A stretch of DNA of 64,000 nucleotides from Alphaproteobacteria bacterium (GTDB lineage Bacteria; Pseudomonadota; Alphaproteobacteria; UBA9219; RFNS01): NCBI GenBank assembly GCA_049653105.1, contig JBASFQ010000012.1, forward strand, positions 50,356-114,355, in the 5' to 3' direction. Both the position numbers and the translations under genes were made by a program. The notes under the pieces are model-generated. The model saw nothing but the letters and a program-made list of their open reading frames with translations, had not been told where the DNA came from and made no database searches. Each line of letters starts with the position of its first letter. Position 1 is the stretch's first letter. Shown one piece after another: positions 57,581 through 64,000 of this stretch.

Positions 57581-58794
57581 CTGTCGATTTCCCCAAACAC
57601 GACATCCATACTGCCGATAATCGCCACCGTATCAGCAAGCATGGAGCCTTTGCACATGAAATCCGTACCCTGCAAATGAGCGAAGCCCGGCGCGCGGATT
57701 TTGCAGCGATATGGTTTGTTCGTGCCATCGGCAACGACATAAACGCCGAACTCACCCTTCGGCGCCTCGACGGCCGTATAGGTTTCCCCTGCGGGAACAT
57801 GATATCCCTCGGTATAAAGTTTGAAATGGTGGATCAAAGCTTCCATCGACTGCTTCATTTCAGCACGCTTCGGCGGAGCGATTTTGTGATCATCAACCTT
57901 GATCGGCCCCGCAGGCAGCTCCTGCAAACATTGCCGCATGATTTTCAGTGCCTGTTTCATCTCCTCGATCCGCACCAAATAGCGCGCATAGCAGTCGCCC
58001 GTCAGCCCCACGGGCACATCAAACTGCATCCGGTCATAGACATCATAGGGCTGTGCCTTCCGTAAATCCCAAGGCACGTTACAGGCGCGCAGCATGGGCC
58101 CGGTAAAGCCCCAATCCAGCGCCTGTGCCTTTGTCACCACACCGATATCGACGGTGCGCTGCTTGAATATGCGGTTGTTGGTCAGCAGGGTTTCTAAATC
58201 AGCGAGAAATTTTGGAAAGCGCTCCGTCCATTCCCACATGTCGTTGGCCAGACCTTGGGGAAAATCCTGATGCACTCCGCCGGGACGGAAATAATTGGCA
58301 TGCATACGCGCGCCGGACACACGCTCATAAAATTCCATCAACTCTTCACGCTGTTCGAAACCCCACAGTGACGGCGTCACCGCACCGATATCGATGGCGA
58401 AAGTCGTGATGTTCAGAATATGATTAAGGATGCGCGTGACTTCAGAAAACAACACCCGGATATATTGCGCACGCAGTGGTGGCTTGACCCCCAGCAGCTT
58501 TTCGACCGCCAGCGCGAAGGCATGTTCCTGACACATCGGCGACACATAATCGAGCCGATCGAAATAGGGGATCGCCTGTAAATAGGTCTTATGCTCGATC
58601 AGCTTTTCCGTACCCCGGTGCAGCAAGCCGATATGCGGGTCGCACCGTTCAACGATCTCGCCATCCATTTCCAGAATCAAGCGCAGCACGCCGTGCGCCG
58701 CCGGATGCTGTGGCCCGAAATTCATCGTAAAGGGTCGCTGCGTCCTGCCATTCGGCAAGATTTTTTCTTCCATATCCGGGGCGATCTCGACCAT
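57577..58794 (-). CDS. nuoD: NADH-quinone oxidoreductase subunit D
   Basis: 405 aa, 49-kDa subunit family ([13 protein letters not shown]). Confidence 0.93.
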   Translation of the reverse strand: MVEIAPDMEEKILPNGRTQRPFTMNFGPQHPAAHGVLRLILEMDGEIVERCDPHIGLLHRGTEKLIEHKTYLQAIPYFDRLDYVSPMCQEHAFALAVEKLLGVKPPLRAQYIRVLFSEVTRILNHILNITTFAIDIGAVTPSLWGFEQREELMEFYERVSGARMHANYFRPGGVHQDFPQGLANDMWEWTERFPKFLADLETLLTNNRIFKQRTVDIGVVTKAQALDWGFTGPMLRACNVPWDLRKAQPYDVYDRMQFDVPVGLTGDCYARYLVRIEEMKQALKIMRQCLQELPAGPIKVDDHKIAPPKRAEMKQSMEALIHHFKLYTEGYHVPAGETYTAVEAPKGEFGVYVVADGTNKPYRCKIRAPGFAHLQGTDFMCKGSMLADTVAIIGSMDVVFGEIDR

Positions 58795-59447
58795 CAGCCA
58801 CCTGCCTTTGCCGCCTGCGGCGCAGGAGGCGGCACTGCTGCCTTCTCATCGCCGGGCAACTGAACGTCTGTCATGCCCTCCCAGGGGCTGAGATAATCAA
58901 AACTCCGGTAATCCTGTGGTAAGTGCACAGGTTCATAAACCACACGCTTTTGCTCTTCGTCATAGCGAACTTCGGTATATCCGGTCAGTGGGAAATCTTT
59001 CCGCAACGGATGCCCGTCAAATCCATAGTCAGTCAAAATACGCCTCAGGTCGGCATGTCCGGAGAAACTGACTCCGTATAAATCCCAGCATTCGCGCTCA
59101 AACCACCCGGCAGCACTGAAGACACCAGAAACGCTCGGCACCGGCGTATTTTCGTCCGTGGTCACCTTGACCCGCAACCGGGCATTCTGGCTTAAACTCA
59201 ACAGATGATAGACAACGTCAAATCGTTCCGGCCGTTGCGGGTAATCAACGCCGCAAATGTCGACCAGCAGCTTGCACTCAAAATCCAGCGCATCGCGCAA
59301 CCGCGTCAACACCGACACGATCCGGTCACGCACCACGGTGATGGTATATTCTCCCAGGCGTTCATGGTAATCCAGAAGCGCATCGCCCAAAGTCGTGCGG
59401 ATCAAGCGTTCCGGTGAATAGTCCGGCGTGGGGACAAGATCGCTCAT
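58794..59447 (-). CDS. nuoC: NADH-quinone oxidoreductase subunit C
   Basis: 217 aa, 30-kDa subunit family ([10 protein letters not shown]). Confidence 0.9.
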   Translation of the reverse strand: MSDLVPTPDYSPERLIRTTLGDALLDYHERLGEYTITVVRDRIVSVLTRLRDALDFECKLLVDICGVDYPQRPERFDVVYHLLSLSQNARLRVKVTTDENTPVPSVSGVFSAAGWFERECWDLYGVSFSGHADLRRILTDYGFDGHPLRKDFPLTGYTEVRYDEEQKRVVYEPVHLPQDYRSFDYLSPWEGMTDVQLPGDEKAAVPPPAPQAAKAGG

Positions 59448-60085
59448 TGTTCAGTCATCCCTTCCAGATCTTCCAAGGCGACGGGATGCAACTTGGTCGT
59501 TCCAATCAAGGTTTCCAGCGCCAGTCGAAACGCCACATCCGACGCCAAAACTTCTTTCGTTCCGTTCAGAAACCTGCACAGCACCAGAGTCCCGCCTAAT
59601 ACCGCCTCAATCGGCGTCAGTTTGTTGGCGGCATAAATATCCAGAACCTGTTGTCGCGCAAAAGCTGCCCCGGCTATTGACCAAAACATGGGGCGCTGAT
59701 CCTCGCTCACCGTCAAAACCGGAATTTCCGCGTCTCCGGTATTGACACCGGCCGCAGTCGCCTCAAAAATTTCCTCGATGTCAGGAAACTGCGTCTCATC
59801 CATGCCGACTTCCTGAGCCGTATAGACCAGATAGTCCAGCACATTGCCGTCCTCGGCCTCGCAGATCAGTTCCCGCGCCGGATCGGAAAAGATAATGCCA
59901 CGGTCGCCGTAAAGCTGTGCCTCCGGAACTACCGCACGTAAAACCGCTTCTCCCAAGACAGCCGCCGTCGTGCAGATGAGCGTATTGGCATGAACGCCGC
60001 GTTCATCGCGATGCATGTCGAACATCGCCTGTTCGATGGCCTCGGCAGCGGATTTGATGCGGTCATCCATATCCGGGAGCATCAC
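59444..60085 (-). CDS. Acidic soluble hypothetical protein inserted between nuoB and nuoC
   Basis: 213 aa, Asp/Glu-rich, with no TM and no recognised motif. The start abuts the nuoB stop and the stop overlaps the nuoC start (ATGA), suggesting translational coupling within the operon. Confidence 0.5.
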   Translation of the reverse strand: MMLPDMDDRIKSAAEAIEQAMFDMHRDERGVHANTLICTTAAVLGEAVLRAVVPEAQLYGDRGIIFSDPARELICEAEDGNVLDYLVYTAQEVGMDETQFPDIEEIFEATAAGVNTGDAEIPVLTVSEDQRPMFWSIAGAAFARQQVLDIYAANKLTPIEAVLGGTLVLCRFLNGTKEVLASDVAFRLALETLIGTTKLHPVALEDLEGMTEQ

Positions 60086-60086
60086 G

Positions 60087-60623
60087 TTAACTCCGCCTGA
60101 TCACGCGATTGCCGCGCCGGATCTTGCGATGCAACTGCATAATGCCATACAGCAGCGCCTCTGCCGATGGCGGGCACCCCGGCACGTAAATATCCACGGG
60201 CACGATCCGGTCACAGCCGCGCACCACCGAATAAGAGTAATGGTAATAGCCGCCGCCGTTGGCGCAACTCCCCATCGAGATGACCCAACGCGGCTCTGGC
60301 ATCTGATCATAGACCTTGCGCAGTGCAGGTGCCATTTTATTGGTCAGCGTGCCGGCAACGATCATCACGTCGGACTGACGCGGTGACGCGCGCGGCATCA
60401 TGCCGAAACGGTCAAGATCATAACGGCTCATATAGACGTGAATCATTTCCACGCCGCAGCACGCCAAACCGAAGGTCATTGGCCACATCGAACCGGTACG
60501 CGCCCAGGCAAGAAGATCATCAACCTTGGTCAGAATAAAACCTTTATCCTGCACCTTTTCAGCCAGTTGCTTGGCAACCTGATTGGGAGTCAGGGGTGGC
60601 GCATGTGTCGTCGTCATTCCCAT
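60087..60623 (-). CDS. nuoB: NADH-quinone oxidoreductase subunit B
   Basis: The ORF extends to 60707; the likely start is at 60617-60623, just after the nuoA stop. The 4Fe-4S (N2) Cys motifs are present ([18 protein letters not shown]). Confidence 0.9.
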   Translation of the reverse strand: MGMTTTHAPPLTPNQVAKQLAEKVQDKGFILTKVDDLLAWARTGSMWPMTFGLACCGVEMIHVYMSRYDLDRFGMMPRASPRQSDVMIVAGTLTNKMAPALRKVYDQMPEPRWVISMGSCANGGGYYHYSYSVVRGCDRIVPVDIYVPGCPPSAEALLYGIMQLHRKIRRGNRVIRRS

Positions 60624-60994
60624 TCCAACGCGCCCTTCTTCCATTCGTAAATGAAACCTATCGTCAACACGCCCAAAAACGCCATCATGCTGCTGAACCC
60701 GACCCAACCCAGCGCCCCCAAGGTAATCGCCCAGGGAAACAGAAACGCGATCTCAAGATCGAAGATAATGAAGAGAATGCACACCAGATAAAAGCGCACA
60801 TCAAAGCGCCGCCGTGCATCGTCAAAAGCCTCGAACCCACATTCATAGGCAGAATTCTTTTCCGGATCAGGTTTCTGCTGCCCCACAACAAAAGACATCC
60901 CCACAGCTGCACAGGCAACGACAATGGCGATGCCGATGAAGAGGAGTACGGGAAAATATGCTGCGGCTAGATCAGGGGACATAGGTGGTATCAT
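60614..60994 (-). CDS. nuoA: NADH-quinone oxidoreductase subunit A
   Basis: The ORF extends to 61072; the likely start is [15 protein letters not shown] at 60994. Three TM helices; ND3 family (YECGFE). Confidence 0.85.
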   Translation of the reverse strand: MIPPMSPDLAAAYFPVLLFIGIAIVVACAAVGMSFVVGQQKPDPEKNSAYECGFEAFDDARRRFDVRFYLVCILFIIFDLEIAFLFPWAITLGALGWVGFSSMMAFLGVLTIGFIYEWKKGALEWE

Positions 60995-61234
60995 TTTGAA
61001 GCGGCGTATGATTCTACGCCTGTGCGGGCAAATTACGCCTTTATGACCAGAAATCAAGGCAGAACAAAGCAATACCGGTTTTTTCTGAAAATCTGCGCTT
61101 AGTGTGGCCGAGATGAATCATCGCAGTGTATGAGATTGATTGTCATTCTTGCTCTGTCAGGATCTTACGTCGTAATCAGCTACGCAGCACAGATCATCGA
61201 TTCTAGTTTTTGAGAAATTCCATGGGATGCAACA

Positions 61235-61419
61235 CGCGCGACGGGACTTGAACCCCCAAAGGCCGAAGGCCGGTCACTTGACCTGTCGCGGGTTCAGGCT
61301 TCAGAACGGTAATCGGATTATGGCGCGAGCGACGGGACTTGAACCCCCAAAGGCCGAAGGCCGGTCACTTGACCTGTCGCGGGGTCAAGCTTCAGAATGG
61401 TAATCGGATTATGGCGCGA
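61235..61419 (-). repeat. Two tandem ~91-nt direct repeats, each ending with a copy of the last ~28 nt of tRNA-Asp (T-arm 3' strand, acceptor 3' strand and CCA)
   Basis: gacgggacttgaaccc... recurs at 61240, 61331 and 61422 (period 91), and the third copy is the real tRNA-Asp 3' end. The two full units differ at only a few positions. The 63-nt spacer contains perfect hairpins GGTCAagTGACC and GGCCttcGGCC. Confidence 0.75.
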
Positions 61420-61488
61420 GCGACGGGACTTGAACCCGCGACCTTCGGCGTGACAGGCCGACGCTCTAACCAACTGAGCTACGCCCGC
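61412..61488 (-). tRNA. tRNA-Asp (GTC)
   Basis: The reverse complement reads GCGGGCGTAGCTCAGTTGGTTAGAGCGTCGGCCTGTCACGCCGAAGGTCGCGGGTTCAAGTCCCGTCGCTCGCGCCA. This gives a cloverleaf with anticodon loop CUGUCAC and an encoded CCA. Confidence 0.9.
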
Positions 61489-61609
61489 GCATGATATTAC
61501 CAAGGTCTGGCGTGGTGATAGGGCAAGAACCGGTGTCGTGTCAAATGGTTGCTACATTAACGACGCGGTTATGCCCAAACAGCCGGAAAAGACCGAAAAA
61601 TCAACCCTA

Positions 61610-61684
61610 TGGTGGGCGGTGAGGGTTTCGAACCCCCGACCCTCTCGGTGTAAACGAGATGCTCTACCGCTGAGCTAACCGCCC
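61610..61684 (-). tRNA. tRNA-Val (TAC)
   Basis: The reverse complement reads GGGCGGTTAGCTCAGCGGTAGAGCATCTCGTTTACACCGAGAGGGTCGGGGGTTCGAAACCCTCACCGCCCACCA. Anticodon loop UUUACAC, with an encoded CCA. Confidence 0.88.
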
Positions 61685-61705
61685 TTGACGCGAGTTATAG
61701 CAATT

Positions 61706-62281
61706 TCATCCCTTTTGGACAAAAATATTTCTGAGCACCATTTTAAGAGCCACCACCGCTCCGAACATCATCGGGCGCAGTGCATCAGCCATCCGCGTTG
61801 CCGCCGAAAACCAGGAACTCTCTCTGATCGCGGCAAGAATACCGTCGCGATAGGCTCTGGCCAGCGCCATTTGTTGCCCAACCCAAGCATCGGCGCGCGC
61901 AGTCCAGGGATAAGTGGCAATGACCTTGGGGCGCGCCGCATGCCATGTCGTGTGTGCAAAATAGCCAAGGCTGATCTTGGCCATGACCGTCGCCAGTACT
62001 GCGGCCATCACCCCGTACCGCCCATAAATCAGCAGCACCGCAAACTTTGACACTTCCAGCAACCCCAGCGACAAAATTGAGACGGCCAACCCCAGATGTG
62101 GCGGCAACGCGGCGATTCCGGTTTTATACTTCTGTATAATGCTTTGCCGCATCAGCCATAGGGCCAGCCACTTTACTGGCCCGAACAGCAACGTGCCCAG
62201 AATGTAAAGAGTTCCGAGCACGCGCCCGATCCAGCGCAAACCCGGGTGGCGGTGTTCAGACGGCGTCAACTCTTCTTCCAT
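61706..62281 (-). CDS. Hypothetical polytopic membrane protein
   Basis: About 190 aa if it starts at MEEELTPSEH (62281); the ORF as drawn extends to 62392, overlapping the upstream gene. Four predicted TM helices. Confidence 0.35.
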   Translation of the reverse strand: MEEELTPSEHRHPGLRWIGRVLGTLYILGTLLFGPVKWLALWLMRQSIIQKYKTGIAALPPHLGLAVSILSLGLLEVSKFAVLLIYGRYGVMAAVLATVMAKISLGYFAHTTWHAARPKVIATYPWTARADAWVGQQMALARAYRDGILAAIRESSWFSAATRMADALRPMMFGAVVALKMVLRNIFVQKG

Positions 62282-62312
62282 GCAGCACAGTACCCGGAAT
62301 GTCACACCAAGA

Positions 62313-63038
62313 TCAACGGACTGCCAGGTGAATCTGCTGCCGCATGGAAGCACCAGAACGAACCACGCGTGTGGGCGCTTGCGGGGCCGCAAGAGCAGGC
62401 ACGGCGGTGTTTTGTGTGAGGCGCTCTGCCAGCATCCTCATGGACTGCCCCTGTAATTTCATTTTGATGGCAGGAGGAAGCAAAAGAGTCTGGGTTTCAT
62501 AAATATCAATTTTCGGCGCAGAAAATTTCTCGACAACCGGCGCTTGGATCGTGCCTGCTTCTTGCCATTCTTCGGCACGCAACCAGGACAATTTCGGCAT
62601 CAACACATGGCCGGATATCTGCAAGCGCGGCGCATGAAATCGCCGCAACTGTAATGCAACAATATTACCTGAAAACTGCAGAGAAGGTATCGACAGCTGG
62701 GCTGCCTCATTCACATTCAAGTCGCCAGCCCTGATTTGGCGTGGTGCCACATATTTTGTTAGGCTCTGGAAATTTGTTGCGCCTGCAACATCCTCTAGTG
62801 TCGAGAGGTCGATTTTCATCGCATGGGGCGCAATGATGTCCCCCTCGGCGCGTTTCAGGGCCGGTTCCAAAAAGTGTTCCGCACGTGACCAGATATGAGC
62901 TTTGACCACAGCGGGCAAACGTCCGGGCTCAAGCGCCGTGATTTCAATCGTCAACCCAGGATCAGCAGCTAAGTTACGCAATTTTCTGGTGGAAATGCCT
63001 TCATCAAGAATTACACACGTCGAGGCCATCATTGACAT
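62313..63038 (-). CDS. Hypothetical protein (no recognised family)
   Basis: 241 aa, soluble. It lies between hupB and the tRNA pair and is probably in an operon with the downstream membrane protein. Confidence 0.4.
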   Translation of the reverse strand: MSMMASTCVILDEGISTRKLRNLAADPGLTIEITALEPGRLPAVVKAHIWSRAEHFLEPALKRAEGDIIAPHAMKIDLSTLEDVAGATNFQSLTKYVAPRQIRAGDLNVNEAAQLSIPSLQFSGNIVALQLRRFHAPRLQISGHVLMPKLSWLRAEEWQEAGTIQAPVVEKFSAPKIDIYETQTLLLPPAIKMKLQGQSMRMLAERLTQNTAVPALAAPQAPTRVVRSGASMRQQIHLAVR

Positions 63039-63113
63039 CCAATAAAAATTTCTAGTTCAAAATTTCGGTTTGCACGGTTGGCCTTATGTTGCCCCGTCTG
63101 CGGCACAATGAAC

Positions 63114-63143
63114 AAAACCCGCTTGCAAAAGCAAGCGGGTTTT
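63114..63143. terminator. Rho-independent, bidirectional terminator hairpin downstream of hupB
   Basis: AAAACCCGCTTGC-aaaa-GCAAGCGGGTTTT: a perfect 13-bp GC-rich stem with A/T runs on both sides, 60 nt after the hupB stop. Confidence 0.7.
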
Positions 63144-63203
63144 ACGTCTGATCTACTTTCACGTTACATTTCGCCCCAAGACAAGGCGGAATGGTTAACA
63201 GCC

Positions 63204-63506
63204 TTACTTCTTTTTAGGGCCGTTGACGCTTTCCTTCAGCTGCTTCCCAGCGCGGAATTTTGGTTGCCGCGAAGCCTTGATCTTGATGGCTTCCCCGGTC
63301 TGCGGATTGCGCCCCGTACCTGCGGCACGCTGCGAGACATAGAAATTTCCAAATCCGACTAGTCGGACTTCGTCACCCTTTTTCAAGGCGCCTTCAATGG
63401 TCTCAAAAATTGTTTCAATAACCGTCGTCACGGAAGCTTTCGACATATCCAACTTCGCCAAAGCCTTGTTTTCGGCGACAGCGGCGACAAATTCATTCTT
63501 GTTCAC
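63204..63506 (-). CDS. hupB: DNA-binding protein HU
   Basis: 100 aa matching the HU/IHF family (MNKNEFVAAVAENK...GFGNF...RNPQTGE) with a short Lys-rich tail. Confidence 0.85.
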   Translation of the reverse strand: MNKNEFVAAVAENKALAKLDMSKASVTTVIETIFETIEGALKKGDEVRLVGFGNFYVSQRAAGTGRNPQTGEAIKIKASRQPKFRAGKQLKESVNGPKKK

Positions 63507-63671
63507 TGGAGATCTCCCCTTTTAAGTGGCACCAAACCTGCCGCGTCCAACCGCGCTCCGGCGCGAATCCGCAGGCGGGGTCGACTCTAGGCATCCTGGC
63601 TTTTAGCTGTCAACGGTGAAGCCGGAAGAACCCACAGGAAAGACCCCACCTTCCACAACCAAACGAACGAA

Positions 63672-64000
63672 CTAGTGCCGCATCACATCGTCGCCATCTT
63701 TGGCACGTTCCCGGGCTTTGGCGGCCGCCTTGGCTTCTTCTTCCTCTTCATTCCACGTAATGGGAACAATGGGCTTGGTCAGTGCCAGCTTCAGAACCTC
63801 ATCAACAGTCGCCAACGGCATAATCTTGAGTCCGCGCTTAACATTATCGGGTATCTCCGCGAGATCCTTCTCATTTTCCTTCGGGATCAACACCGTGGTA
63901 ATGCCGCTCCGCAACGCCGCCAAGAGTTTCTCTTTTAACCCGCCGATGGGCAATACCCTGCCGCGCAGGGTGATTTCCCCCGTCATTGCCAGATCGCGCC
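63672..64000 (-). CDS. lon: ATP-dependent protease Lon, C-terminal end (5' part lies beyond the window)
   Basis: The Lon protease-domain C-terminus ([39 protein letters not shown]) is followed by an acidic tail. The lon-hupB-tRNA-nuo synteny is typical of alphaproteobacteria. Confidence 0.85.
   Translation of the reverse strand, partial: RDLAMTGEITLRGRVLPIGGLKEKLLAALRSGITTVLIPKENEKDLAEIPDNVKRGLKIMPLATVDEVLKLALTKPIVPITWNEEEEEAKAAAKARERAKDGDDVMRH

Noticed and set aside
61235-61490. Considered whether the 91-nt periodic repeats could be a CRISPR array or extra tRNA genes.
   Set aside because: There are only two units. The spacers are near-identical rather than unique, and no cas genes are present. 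The units lack a 5' acceptor strand, D-arm or anticodon arm, so they are tRNA 3'-end fragments, not tRNAs.

Overview
This window is a 64-kb stretch of an alphaproteobacterial chromosome, about 58-60% GC by eye. It is gene-dense with conserved synteny and contains no transposases, integrases, CRISPR arrays or rRNA. The genes, in order: (1) a flagellar class II cluster, fliF(3' part)-fliG-fliH-fliN-flbD-flhA-flhF-fleN, followed by a Pro-rich FliK-like ORF; (2) a minus-strand block of a RatA-like SRPBCC protein, lipA, lpdA, a small ORF, pdhC, pdhB (with an N-terminal lipoyl domain), pdhA, ftsB and eno; (3) ribD-ribA, then pyrG-secG-tpiA, ppiD, a YibQ-like deacetylase overlapping a Cu P-type ATPase, and trpD-trpC; (4) a visibly AT-richer 3.5-kb islet at about 30.76-34.26 kb holding a DUF2946-like protein, a small secreted protein, a His/Cys-rich 312-aa unknown, a thioredoxin-like [2Fe-2S] ferredoxin, a periplasmic unknown and a CDF transporter that abuts pntB; (5) a pntAA-X-pntAB-pntB operon with an extra membrane ORF, a UbiB/ABC1 kinase, alaS, DUF1467, rnj-coaX-birA and the full nuoN..nuoA operon, which carries two non-canonical inserted ORFs (between nuoB/nuoC and nuoE/nuoF); (6) tRNA-Asp preceded by two tandem 91-nt repeats that each re-create the tRNA 3' end, tRNA-Val, two hypothetical genes, a bidirectional terminator, hupB and the 3' end of lon. 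The candidates most worth a second look are the AT-rich metal-associated islet, the nuo-embedded unknown ORFs and the tRNA-Asp 3'-end repeat array. All calls rest on reading the supplied translations and the DNA by eye. No database searches were run.
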